Below, piece by piece: positions 17,089 to 26,355 of a stretch of 63,074 bases of DNA. The stretch is taken from the NCBI GenBank assembly GCA_030587585.2, contig JAUQYS020000333.1, positions 1-63,074 of the forward strand. Reading direction: 5' to 3'. Position numbers and translations under genes: made by a program. How positions within the stretch are numbered: the first letter of the stretch is position 1; each line of letters opens with the position of its first letter. Under the pieces are notes generated by a model. The model did no database searches, was not told the DNA's origin, and was given only the letters and a program-made list of their open reading frames with translations. The stretch is from Candidatus Njordarchaeota archaeon. GTDB lineage: Archaea; Asgardarchaeota; Njordarchaeia; Njordarchaeales; Panguiarchaeaceae.

Positions 17089-17991
17089 CTAATATTCTAG
17101 TATTGTTTTTTTTGTTAAAAATAATCCGAGTGCGCCGATAATCGCCAATCCTACGCCCACATAATTCACTTTTATTTCTTCTGGCTCATCACTTTTAACT
17201 AAAGCCGACGCTATCAACGGAGTTTCAGTAACAACCCGAACGATCTCTGATGTTATTACTGTTGTGGTTCCATTAATTGCCGTAGTAATTTTATCGATAT
17301 AAGTAGTAGTATACACAATCCCGATATCTGTCGTTATATTAGACTCTACCGTTGTATTATCTGACATGTTTTCATTTGTTTCATTATCACTATCCGGCAC
17401 TTCCGTATTTGACGCCGCAATATATTCCTTCCATGCCGCCGAATTCGATCCTTCTATAAGAACAGTATAGTATATCGTCCGAGATCCGCCTGATAAGGAG
17501 GGGGTCTGCCAAAGTACAGTAAAATATACTGTTGCAGAATCAAAACGTATCTGTATACGAGTCTGCCCTGCTGAGAAGGAGCCATCCGAAAAAAGGAAAA
17601 CACAATGTGAATTATTATAAATCGTCCCTGAGCATCCTGTACCCAAAACATAAGAGACTGACGACGCATTATAATATGTGAAGTTCCAATAATATTGGGT
17701 AGTATCGCTAAACGAAACTCGTTTCCATGCGTATGCATCTATACCATAAAGCTTCTCTGGCTGAGAAGTCGAATATCGTAAGCCACCGTGCGGCACTACG
17801 GGACCGTATGTTACTAGATATGCAACATACGAACCATTACTAAGACGCCCCATCCTAAAAATGAAAGCATCTGTTTGCGTCTCTGACGGAACTCTTTCAC
17901 TTATTGACATCTTATGAAACATCGGCGAAAAATCCAAAAAAAGCCCGCCCACAAGCAAAACAAAGAAAAAAATTCTTATTCTACTCATCAT
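17089..17991 (-). CDS. membrane-anchored glycoprotein, paralog family (300 aa)
   Basis: FRMGRLSNGSYVAYLVTYGPVVP paralogous to 15396-16244; INGTTTVITSEI stalk; C-terminal TM. Confidence 0.7.
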   Translation of the reverse strand: MMSRIRIFFFVLLVGGLFLDFSPMFHKMSISERVPSETQTDAFIFRMGRLSNGSYVAYLVTYGPVVPHGGLRYSTSQPEKLYGIDAYAWKRVSFSDTTQYYWNFTYYNASSVSYVLGTGCSGTIYNNSHCVFLFSDGSFSAGQTRIQIRFDSATVYFTVLWQTPSLSGGSRTIYYTVLIEGSNSAAWKEYIAASNTEVPDSDNETNENMSDNTTVESNITTDIGIVYTTTYIDKITTAINGTTTVITSEIVRVVTETPLIASALVKSDEPEEIKVNYVGVGLAIIGALGLFLTKKTILEY

Positions 17992-18008
17992 ACATCACCT
18001 TTTCTTTA

Positions 18009-18329
18009 CTAAAAAATTCTAGTATTATTGATTATATATATTATCGCCTCAGATGATACCATCACATCACGAATAGATGCAAGAAGCGGACTAGCTATTT
18101 CGATATGAAAGCGAAGCCGTATTTCGTCCACTTTTTTTTCGCCAATATACCACGAACTAAGACGCTGCGGAGATACATCAATGTTCGAAGAAAAGGAAAT
18201 ATTCATCTTTAGCTGCTCGTTACTGACCTCCACGTGGTACCCCTCCTGAAAAACAAAAAACGGCAAAACAACAAAATATCCGATCAATAAAGCCACTATC
18301 ACACCTACAACTATATATACTTTTTTCAT
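18009..18329 (-). CDS. N-terminally anchored small protein (106 aa)
   Basis: Trimmed to MKKVYIVVG after GGGAGGTGA; one TM. Confidence 0.55.
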   Translation of the reverse strand: MKKVYIVVGVIVALLIGYFVVLPFFVFQEGYHVEVSNEQLKMNISFSSNIDVSPQRLSSWYIGEKKVDEIRLRFHIEIASPLLASIRDVMVSSEAIIYIINNTRIF

Positions 18330-18337
18330 CTTTTTTC

Positions 18338-19210
18338 TCACCTCCCTAAAACATGGGATATACTTTTTCTATAAAAAATAAAAATTAGGAAAAAAAAGAT
18401 AAGACAAAAAAGATAAATAAGCCTCAGGTCTCCTCTTCCTTGCCCAAAAACACTAAGCTCAATGCCATTCATATAGTCATTATACCCAATAACATAGCCG
18501 TTTTGATAGCCGACAGCATAGCCTTCCACATAGGTTCCGTAGCCAGCATACTGTTCTAGCGTTGTGTATTTTGGGTCCTTATTCTCTTTTGCGTCATTAT
18601 ATCCTTCCTCATATCCCTCTTTGTATCCTGCCCTGTATCCTTTGCCGTATTCTGATTCGCTTGCGGTCATATCGCTTGAGGATATTATAACTTCTTTTAG
18701 GATTTCGTGCTTTGCTTTTTTCTGGATAGGAATATAATATTCCGAGAACGAGGATAATGTGAATATTGCTTGCCATTCTATTTCCACAAAAAATGTTGAT
18801 ATGTTATATGTTTCTCTTAGTTTCTCTTCGAGGGAAGAAAGATTTAGGGATATTCTCATCTTCATGCTGGAAGAATTGGCGACAACTGTCTTGTTGAACA
18901 ATATGACCGATTCCGTATGTACTTGCATTTTTAGGTCTGCCGTGATTTTTGTTAATTCGTCCACCAAGATATTTTCCGGGTCAAGAACCGATACCTCGTA
19001 GTATATCGAAAAACCAACTATTTTGGTTCCGTTAGTCGTATACCACGCTAATTGTTGCTCAGTTATCCAGCCACCATCAAAAAAAATCTTTATGCGCAGA
19101 CCCTCACCATCTGGATCCGATTCATGAAGCCTCGATTTTAACCAAAGAAAACTATACCCCAATATCAAAAAAACAAAAAACAAAACAAAGAGACCACGCA
19201 GATTCATCAT
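18338..19210 (-). CDS. membrane protein with G-Y repeat region (290 aa)
   Basis: N-terminal TM, GYRAGYKEGYEEGY...GYAVGYQNGYVIGY repeats, C-terminal TM. Confidence 0.65.
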   Translation of the reverse strand: MMNLRGLFVLFFVFLILGYSFLWLKSRLHESDPDGEGLRIKIFFDGGWITEQQLAWYTTNGTKIVGFSIYYEVSVLDPENILVDELTKITADLKMQVHTESVILFNKTVVANSSSMKMRISLNLSSLEEKLRETYNISTFFVEIEWQAIFTLSSFSEYYIPIQKKAKHEILKEVIISSSDMTASESEYGKGYRAGYKEGYEEGYNDAKENKDPKYTTLEQYAGYGTYVEGYAVGYQNGYVIGYNDYMNGIELSVFGQGRGDLRLIYLFCLIFFFLIFIFYRKSISHVLGR

Positions 19211-19213
19211 CCA

Positions 19214-20167
19214 TCACCATGCCAAAAACACAAAAACTAAAATCACAACAATAACAGCTATTATCTTCTCAGCAAGAGTCATATCCTCAAACTTTTTGTT
19301 AAATGTAATGAAGTAAGTTGTACCTGATATATTAAATCCAACACTACCATTATCTCCTGGAACGACTAGTGAGCTATTTTGTGTTTTGTTTTGTGTTTCG
19401 TTATTTGGTACATAATAATCGTCTGTCTTTTTTTGCCACTCATAGAGATATTGCTTAAAGGCATCATAACCGATTACATCCCACTCCGTGATGTTGCTGC
19501 CGATCTCTGCAGTCCCAGAATATATTACACGTTTCTGCTCTTTTTGTAAATTTTTGGCCGGTTTATACGGACTTATATGAAAGAGTACTTGTAATACTGA
19601 CGCTATTTCTGTATCGCTGCTGGTTTCTTTGAAGAAAAGGAATTCAAAAATATATGTTCCCGCAAAGGGATAATCGTCTGTGGTATTAACTATTATAAAG
19701 GGCGGCCCGCCATAGTATAAAACATCTCTTCCTTTTAAGTCAATAATGTGTTTAAAAACAGCCGTGTCAAGGAAAGATTTCATTCTTAGACGCACATAAA
19801 CATCTGGAGACGAAATTTCTTTAAGAGTTATATTCCACGATAAATGTACCCTCGTAGGAAAGTGAACTTGTTCAAGATAAGTTATCTTATGTCTGCAAAG
19901 TTTGATGTGTATACTTACTTGCGTATCTGAAGGAAGATATTTTTCATAAGACGCATTGGCGGGGATTATCGGGCCATAGGACACCATAAATACGGATATG
20001 TCATTTTCTTCTGAGAATAAAACAATTTCGAACTGGCGCCCTATTCTTACCTGTTCATATTCGCTATTGATACTAAGCAGGCCCGCATATTTACCATAAA
20101 CAAAGCAGGCCAATAATAGGAGGAATACTAAAGCTAAAACACGACGTCCCTTCTTATTCAGCCTCAT
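19214..20167 (-). CDS. membrane-anchored glycoprotein (317 aa)
   Basis: Signal-like N-terminus, VSYGPIIP motif resembling paralog family, sequons, C-terminal TM; ATGA overlap upstream. Confidence 0.65.
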   Translation of the reverse strand: MRLNKKGRRVLALVFLLLLACFVYGKYAGLLSINSEYEQVRIGRQFEIVLFSEENDISVFMVSYGPIIPANASYEKYLPSDTQVSIHIKLCRHKITYLEQVHFPTRVHLSWNITLKEISSPDVYVRLRMKSFLDTAVFKHIIDLKGRDVLYYGGPPFIIVNTTDDYPFAGTYIFEFLFFKETSSDTEIASVLQVLFHISPYKPAKNLQKEQKRVIYSGTAEIGSNITEWDVIGYDAFKQYLYEWQKKTDDYYVPNNETQNKTQNSSLVVPGDNGSVGFNISGTTYFITFNKKFEDMTLAEKIIAVIVVILVFVFLAW

Positions 20168-21453
20168 CTCATGATCACCGCCGACGAACCCCCACCACCA
20201 AGAGCGAACTTAAACAAAGCCAAGACAATTATGATAATAACAATTATCGCAAAGAACGCCAAAATTAGCATCACTATCATCGCTGTGGATTTATCAACAT
20301 TGAACATCTCCGCCCACTCTTCCAGAAGATCGATAGTCTCGGAAGACGCATAATCAGTATCGATCAAAACAATGTCTGGATCACGCAATGACCCCGAAGG
20401 GTCCGAAGTCTTATCCTTCTCAGTCATTTTTCGTTCAACACCCCTAAAAACATACGCAGTCAGGGTGTATATACACCACGCATCGCCCCAAGCAGCATAA
20501 TACTGCGAATATACTGCGTCGTTCTTATGGTCATGAACCATTGCTCTGGGCGGTCTTAGCACGACAGGTATCTCAAAATACACGCCGTCGAGCTTCCACC
20601 AATACTGTGTCTCATTTACGGTTCGTGGATACTCAAGCCTCTCGCCATCCCGAAAAATGTCTGGCGATGCGCCAGTAGCCGCTGGGGCCCCAACAAAACC
20701 CATATCCTCAAACTCACTTTGAAACCACCAATCAGTTTCGCTTTCATGAAATCTTATTGATCCGTCATCGAGAATCTCAAAAACATCTTCCTTATTGGTT
20801 CCGATAAACGCCGTACTCGCATTTTTGTCGTCAAAAAATATTTGATATATGTATAGATCATTGAGCCTAGATAAGAATTCTACACGCAGATTAAACCTAA
20901 TACTCAGATCGCTATAGGATAATGTGTCGTCAGACAATATGGATTCAGGCCTCGCTAGTCTTACTGCGACACAATCAGTAACTGATGAACTCACAAAAAA
21001 TGCTACCTGTATTTTCATCTCGTAGACATATACATCAATAACCTTATTTTCCTCTGGAAACTTTAGTGATGTACTCTTATCTTCAACATAGTGTGCTGGT
21101 CCAGATGCTATCGCTATTTCTATCTGAGCTGGCATAAAATACTCTGAGCTATCAAGCTGGTGACTATAGATTACTAGGTCTGACTGAAAACTCCATTCAT
21201 CTGATTGCGGTTTTTCCTTAAAAGATGATGATTCTAATGTTATTGTACCAAAATCATGCCAGAGCTTGGTAGTATATAATCCATTATCAACTTCTTTCTG
21301 TCTGATCTTGTGATATTTTACTGTGACTGTACCTGTCAGCGATATGTCGCCAGGCTGTCCTGCTGATGATAACGCAAATTTTAGGACCGGTGCGGCATAT
21401 ACCAAATAAGCCGAGCAGATGATCAGGATTATAAATAATATGGCTTTCTTCAT
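20164..21453 (-). CDS. secreted/anchored protein (429 aa)
   Basis: Signal peptide MKKAILFIILIICSAYLVYA, C-terminal TM; GGGGAG SD. Confidence 0.7.
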   Translation of the reverse strand: MKKAILFIILIICSAYLVYAAPVLKFALSSAGQPGDISLTGTVTVKYHKIRQKEVDNGLYTTKLWHDFGTITLESSSFKEKPQSDEWSFQSDLVIYSHQLDSSEYFMPAQIEIAIASGPAHYVEDKSTSLKFPEENKVIDVYVYEMKIQVAFFVSSSVTDCVAVRLARPESILSDDTLSYSDLSIRFNLRVEFLSRLNDLYIYQIFFDDKNASTAFIGTNKEDVFEILDDGSIRFHESETDWWFQSEFEDMGFVGAPAATGASPDIFRDGERLEYPRTVNETQYWWKLDGVYFEIPVVLRPPRAMVHDHKNDAVYSQYYAAWGDAWCIYTLTAYVFRGVERKMTEKDKTSDPSGSLRDPDIVLIDTDYASSETIDLLEEWAEMFNVDKSTAMIVMLILAFFAIIVIIIIVLALFKFALGGGGSSAVIMR

Positions 21454-21569
21454 TTTGCTCCCCTCTTCAAAATAAATACACCTATCTCAACTAGGATATA
21501 AGCCAAAAAAATATAAACAAAATAATAAAACGAAGACTGCGGCGGGCTTAGTTTCTCTAGGATAGCCAT
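21450..21569 (-). CDS. small membrane protein (39 aa)
   Basis: Short ORF not in track; ATGA overlap with next gene; hydrophobic. Confidence 0.3.
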   Translation of the reverse strand: MAILEKLSPPQSSFYYFVYIFLAYILVEIGVFILKRGAK

Positions 21570-21619
21570 AACATACACCATCAACAATCCCTTTAGTAGT
21601 ATTGCGCCTATCTTTTGTT

Positions 21620-22285
21620 TCAGAATGGTACACCACCTCCCGCAGCTATTGCTAACAACAAGTCATATATTCCATGAATAATCATCACGTATGATATTTT
21701 TCCCGTTATGTCCATAACAAAACAAAAGTATAGTGCAGCTATGAATGGCCAAATCATAATCGTAGCATTCCCACCATACGCATAGGCATGATACAATGAA
21801 AAAGCAAATGCATCTAAAATGTAGGCTATTATTTTTCCGAAACCACCATACGGACTAAGCACACGGAGGATCATAAGTAATATAAACCCCCGGAAAAACA
21901 TCTCTTCGGCGACGCCTATAGATAGATTATACGCAACTGTAAGTGCAGACACATTCAGGGAGCCCGCCGCCATTACGGACCTTATGCCCATCGCTAATAA
22001 TGGCAGACCGAGAAGCACAATAAATATAATATCCAGAACAGAAAAACGATAAACTATCGACATCCCAAACATAAACGCTCCGGCACCAAGAAAACAAAAA
22101 ATAAGAAGAAAATAAAAATGACGCTGCGTTTCTGGATTTGCCTGAAAGAAAGTAACTGCAAATCCCAGCCATATTATCGTCATAATATACAACGTTAAAC
22201 CAAAAAGATCCATCTCGTATCTCGAAAATCCTTTCTCCCGCTGAGGCGCCCCCAATGTCGGAGCTTGCGGCATATTTTTCGTCAC
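21620..22285 (-). CDS. CPBP family intramembrane glutamic/metalloprotease (CAAX protease/Abi family), 221 aa
   Basis: Motifs GVAEEMFFRGF, FAFSLYHAYA, IIHGIYDLL in a polytopic protein. Confidence 0.85.
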   Translation of the reverse strand: MTKNMPQAPTLGAPQREKGFSRYEMDLFGLTLYIMTIIWLGFAVTFFQANPETQRHFYFLLIFCFLGAGAFMFGMSIVYRFSVLDIIFIVLLGLPLLAMGIRSVMAAGSLNVSALTVAYNLSIGVAEEMFFRGFILLMILRVLSPYGGFGKIIAYILDAFAFSLYHAYAYGGNATIMIWPFIAALYFCFVMDITGKISYVMIIHGIYDLLLAIAAGGGVPF

Positions 22286-22569
22286 TATTTGTTCACCTCA
22301 TTAATCCTCGTGATGAACTGTATGTCTTCTTCTATTATCGCTCGGCCAGATTCCGAGGACACAACACCATACAACATTCTAAGAATATACACTGTATTAT
22401 CAAAACCAATAGAGCGAAGAGCTCGCAACAGAGCTATTCTACGCTGAGGGCGCCTCATATTGATAGCATAGTTGAATTTTCTGCAGAACTCTCGGAGTAT
22501 ACTGCCAATCCTTGTTTCTTTTTCCTTTTTCTTGGTTGTGCTAGTGTGCTGTATGGGTGCTGCAAACAT
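22285..22569 (-). CDS. hypothetical protein (94 aa)
   Basis: Trimmed to MFAAPIQ ATG 5 nt after GGTGA. Confidence 0.5.
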   Translation of the reverse strand: MFAAPIQHTSTTKKKEKETRIGSILREFCRKFNYAINMRRPQRRIALLRALRSIGFDNTVYILRMLYGVVSSESGRAIIEEDIQFITRINEVNK

Positions 22570-22581
22570 TAGTTTATTCAC

Positions 22582-22944
22582 CTATTTTCTCTTTTTCTTT
22601 CTCCTCGACTTTCTCTTAGATTTTCTTTTTTTCGCCACCTTCTTCACCTCGCCCCAATTTTTATATTTTTCTTCCAGAATCTGATATAGTTTCTTAAACT
22701 TCTTTGTGTCTTTTCTGTTCGGAGCATTCTTTCGCCAAATAAGAAGCAAGCGTACCTGGGCAAGAGCACGCCTAATCCCGTATTTATCGATGAGCGCATC
22801 CGCAAACTTGCTTAGTCGCTTATCAGGAATATCTGATACTTTTTCATATTTCCAACCCAACTCCTTCATAACCCTAGTCATTGCTCCCCTTTGAATGGGG
22901 ATCTGAACAACAGTCTTATTTGTTTTTATAGGCTTAAGACTCAT
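22582..22944 (-). CDS. hypothetical protein with highly basic C-terminal tail (120 aa)
   Basis: ORF; KKVAKKRKSKRKSRRKKKRK tail. Confidence 0.6.
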   Translation of the reverse strand: MSLKPIKTNKTVVQIPIQRGAMTRVMKELGWKYEKVSDIPDKRLSKFADALIDKYGIRRALAQVRLLLIWRKNAPNRKDTKKFKKLYQILEEKYKNWGEVKKVAKKRKSKRKSRRKKKRK

Positions 22945-23200
22945 TTCTTTTCACCCCCTCGGCAAGATATGTAGCTACATACTTACGGATCTTATCTGCA
23001 CGCCTGTACAGATAAGACCCTCTAGGCAACATAGACAAAAAAACAGAAAAATCATCAAAAATTTTTTTGGGGTCTAATCGGCCCAAACAAACAAAAGTAT
23101 CAATTATGTCTTGCGTATCTATCCATGGGGCATCAAAAATAGATACAAAACCCCTTCTACGGGCAGCCATATTCAGCAACCGAATCGAAACACATCTCAT
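22934..23200 (-). CDS. hypothetical protein (88 aa)
   Basis: Trimmed to MRCVSIR ATG after GGTGAGG. Confidence 0.5.
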   Translation of the reverse strand: MRCVSIRLLNMAARRRGFVSIFDAPWIDTQDIIDTFVCLGRLDPKKIFDDFSVFLSMLPRGSYLYRRADKIRKYVATYLAEGVKRNES

Positions 23201-23205
23201 AGACC

Positions 23206-24327
23206 TCACCGCCTCTTTCTCTTAGACAAAATACCGGCCTCTTGAAGGACTTTTTTGAAGTCTTTGTCGCTGATGTCGCTCTGGCTGAGCCATGCTAAGG
23301 CTGACGCCATCTGAAGTATTGCATTTTCACCAATATCTCTGCTTGTAGGATCTCTGAGCTTTCTTACTTCTTGATATATTCTTTGTATATCTGGATCTCT
23401 TTGCAACCAATAGTTCATATTCCAGCTCTTACGTTCATTTTTTTTCGAAAAAGCTATTTTTGGTAAAAGCAGATATATCCGGTCAGCTCCCCTGACGCCG
23501 ATATTATCTAGATTTTCGATAGCTGTTCTGATTTGGTTTATTCTGAATGTTACTTCTGCCTTATTTTTGTCCCCCTTTATCACCTTTTTAAGTCCCGCTA
23601 ATGCTCTGTCTAATATTCCTCCTCTTTTGCTTTGCGAGCTCGGAGGCGTTATTGGAAGGTCTCCTGTGGTTACTGGGACTCCCTTCGCAAGAATTACCCT
23701 GATCTCGTCTTGTATTGCCTCTTCTTGTCGTGGTTTTATAATTTTTTTAAATATCCACCAGCCTGTTTTTTCTCTGCCCAAAACGTAGTATTCGCCTATT
23801 CTTTTGGCTGCTTCGTTTAGTTCTTTTTTCCATGGGTATTGTTCGGCTAGTTTTTGGAGAACATTGGAAATACTAACAGCGACACTTTTTTTATCGACGG
23901 CCCGCATGAGTGCATCTCTGATTTTTTCTTTCTTTTTTGGGTCGAGATCTGTTTGTCTAAGTACTGCGTTTATTGCTTGTTCATACCAATCACGTATGTT
24001 ATCGACAAGTGCAAAGACCCTCTCGACTAATGCTTCTTTGTCTATGTCTTTGGCTGACCGCAATAATAGTTCTTTTGCGAAAGCTTCTGCTTGCTGAGCG
24101 ATCTTTGTTTGAACTTCTAGAGCTGTCTCCGCCAGCATTCTTTTTCTTTCTTGTTTCTCCTTTTCTTTCAAGAACTGTGTCTCAAGTTCCCTAATTTTTT
24201 TCGCTAGTGCTTCTTGAAGCTTAGAAGGCGGAGCAATAATATCCATCATCGGTATCTGCATCATTGTCTGCTGCGGCTGCATCTGTGTTTGTTGCTTGTT
24301 CGGATTTTTACTGCTTGCATACGCCAT
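23206..24327 (-). CDS. hypothetical coiled-coil protein (373 aa)
   Basis: Long ORF, Q-rich N-terminus, heptad-like K/E region. Confidence 0.65.
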   Translation of the reverse strand: MAYASSKNPNKQQTQMQPQQTMMQIPMMDIIAPPSKLQEALAKKIRELETQFLKEKEKQERKRMLAETALEVQTKIAQQAEAFAKELLLRSAKDIDKEALVERVFALVDNIRDWYEQAINAVLRQTDLDPKKKEKIRDALMRAVDKKSVAVSISNVLQKLAEQYPWKKELNEAAKRIGEYYVLGREKTGWWIFKKIIKPRQEEAIQDEIRVILAKGVPVTTGDLPITPPSSQSKRGGILDRALAGLKKVIKGDKNKAEVTFRINQIRTAIENLDNIGVRGADRIYLLLPKIAFSKKNERKSWNMNYWLQRDPDIQRIYQEVRKLRDPTSRDIGENAILQMASALAWLSQSDISDKDFKKVLQEAGILSKRKRR

Positions 24328-24394
24328 ATTGTCTCACCAAAACTTTTTCTGAACAAAAAATGATAAAAAAAACAGAAAGAAAAATATGGGTATC

Positions 24395-24409
24395 CCGCCC
24401 AGGCTGCGG
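24395..24409 (-). terminator. short GC hairpin followed by T-rich tract after 24410-25351
   Basis: CCGC-7 nt-GCGG immediately 3' of the stop, then T runs on coding strand. Confidence 0.3.
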
Positions 24410-25351
24410 CTAGGACACTAATACACATTTGATTACTGCATTGACGATAGAATCATCAGCTGTTCCTAGGGTTACTTGGTCTATTTGCACATCCTGAGCA
24501 GTATCATAAACATATAATGACATTTTTACTCCCGCTGATTTTAGAACATCGAAATTTATCGTGAACGAGTATGTCCCATCAGTAGAGTCCCAATAGCTAT
24601 TGTCTATAGGATCTATTATGTATGCGTAATATCCAGCATAAGTGCCGGCAGACTTAGCGGCATCCCAACCCGCTAGGGGGCTTAGAGTGCTAGTATCGTT
24701 GATGTATATCACGACGATGGGTCCTTTATATGTTCGCCCCCAGCGATAATCAGTGTATGTGCCGCTTCCGAACCGAGTATTTGTTTCTATCCCTGATATC
24801 GTTATTGTTAGCGACAAAGAGTTCTGAGCTACTACCCATTCTTGTGCTGATTCGTTCATATTGTCGGACAGAGAATATGTGCCGTTTGTTGCTGAGATCG
24901 TAACGGTGGATGATATCTTATACATTTTTATTGTCGGCATTTTTACTGTTGCACCTATCGTGAAGTTTAGGGTCGATACGGTCATTGCTGTTAGTGGTGT
25001 CGTGTAGTATCCTGATGCAAAGGCCTGGACATAAACTACGGAGCCAGACATATAGTAGTCCTGTGTGGTAGCGTAGCCGTCTGAGTTCGTTGTTATTATT
25101 TCGGGGTCGTCGGATGCGTCGGGCGTTTTGTATATCCGAATTTCGGCGTTGGATATTGTTTTTGAAGAATTAAGGGCATCTTGTACATAGAATTTTAGAT
25201 AGAATGCACGTCCAGATCCTGCGGGTGGCGCTGAGGGACTTTCGGGTTTTCTAAGGTCGAAAGATAGCTGACCTGTATATACCAGATAGCCAACAAAAAT
25301 AACGAGCATGACGGTCATTCCATATATGAACATGCGGGTTTGCTTATTCAT
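24410..25351 (-). CDS. N-terminally anchored beta-rich protein, candidate major structural protein (313 aa)
   Basis: Trimmed to MNKQTRMF after GGTG; one TM; CarboxypepD_reg-like stretch AEIRIYKTPD...TNSDGYATT; own promoter-like gap and terminator-like hairpin. Confidence 0.6.
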   Translation of the reverse strand: MNKQTRMFIYGMTVMLVIFVGYLVYTGQLSFDLRKPESPSAPPAGSGRAFYLKFYVQDALNSSKTISNAEIRIYKTPDASDDPEIITTNSDGYATTQDYYMSGSVVYVQAFASGYYTTPLTAMTVSTLNFTIGATVKMPTIKMYKISSTVTISATNGTYSLSDNMNESAQEWVVAQNSLSLTITISGIETNTRFGSGTYTDYRWGRTYKGPIVVIYINDTSTLSPLAGWDAAKSAGTYAGYYAYIIDPIDNSYWDSTDGTYSFTINFDVLKSAGVKMSLYVYDTAQDVQIDQVTLGTADDSIVNAVIKCVLVS

Positions 25352-25414
25352 ATTGACACCAAACAAATTTTGCTTTTTGCATATATACTAATATGTTATT
25401 TCTTTTTTAAAAGA

Positions 25415-25428
25415 TATGTATCTACATA
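25415..25428. promoter_or_regulatory. 14-bp palindrome TATGTATCTACATA (TC core)
   Basis: 64 nt upstream of ATG 25351. Confidence 0.6.
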
Positions 25429-25485
25429 GTTTGTTTTTATTTGTACTGAAAGGACTACGAAAAAAAGAAAAAAACCTAAAAAAGA

Positions 25486-26094
25486 TTATGATTCGTGTAT
25501 TACCGTCTTCGCTATCTCTTGCATATACTCCTCGGCGATACGCCTTCGGCTGCGCCGGGACTTTTTTCTTTTTATTCCGTATAAAATATCGGCCACATAT
25601 CTTAGAGCTTTTGGTAATGTTGGTTTTGAGCCTAGCCACTCTCCGTCTTTGAATATGAGAAATTCGTTCTTTTCGACTCTCTTTACTCGGAACCGGCCTT
25701 TTTGTGTTATTGCGATCACATCTGTAACGGTTTTGTTATTGTGCTTTATTTCGACTTCTGCTCCTGTTTTTCGTATTCTATTGAGCTCGAAAGACACTCC
25801 TGGATGTGTTATATTTCCGCTTGTCCCTTTTCTATGGCGTGGTGCCCGCTTTATTATTCTTCTTTGCTCAAACAGCTGATCAATATTACCGGATATGAAC
25901 CCAAGATCCTGGAATTTTTTTAGTGCTTTTTTTATAGAGAAACGAACAAATTCCGAGAAATCGGAAAATATGCCTTTCTCTATTAGTATATGGATTCTCT
26001 CGATAAGTATTTCGGGTAGACGAAAAGTGATTACCCGGAGCGCAGTATCAAACTTATCATCAATTTCTGTTTCTTCATCCTCCAAAATTCTCAC
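25486..26094 (-). CDS. ribbon-helix-helix (CopG/Arc-like) DNA-binding protein with C-terminal extension (202 aa)
   Basis: VITFRLPEILIERIHILIEKGIFSDFSEFVRFSIKKAL matches the RHH strand-helix-helix pattern; basic tail. Confidence 0.7.
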   Translation of the reverse strand: MRILEDEETEIDDKFDTALRVITFRLPEILIERIHILIEKGIFSDFSEFVRFSIKKALKKFQDLGFISGNIDQLFEQRRIIKRAPRHRKGTSGNITHPGVSFELNRIRKTGAEVEIKHNNKTVTDVIAITQKGRFRVKRVEKNEFLIFKDGEWLGSKPTLPKALRYVADILYGIKRKKSRRSRRRIAEEYMQEIAKTVIHES

Positions 26095-26345
26095 CCAGAA
26101 ATAGACTTAATTTTTTTCCACCCGTCCACCAAAAAAATGAAGATTCCCTTTTTGTTCATCTTTAGAACTTTTCCATTCTTGAGATCAATAATTATCGGGG
26201 CTCTGGCCCTTGGACCAGCACCCCGCCAGATAGAATCTATTTCTCGAAACTCAACAATATCCATTATTGCTCTCTGAGCAAAAGGAGAAAGATCGTTCCA
26301 AGAAAGCCGTTCCGCACGAACAATCTTTCTGGATCTTCTGGCCAT
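26091..26345 (-). CDS. hypothetical protein (84 aa)
   Basis: Trimmed to MARRSRK after GAGGTG. Confidence 0.5.
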   Translation of the reverse strand: MARRSRKIVRAERLSWNDLSPFAQRAIMDIVEFREIDSIWRGAGPRARAPIIIDLKNGKVLKMNKKGIFIFLVDGWKKIKSISG

Positions 26346-26355
26346 CTCCGACACC

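Noticed and set aside
25388-25639. 83-aa minus-strand ORF spanning the 25.4 kb gap
   Set aside because: Overlaps the RHH gene 3' end in another frame and runs through the palindrome/promoter region; no SD.
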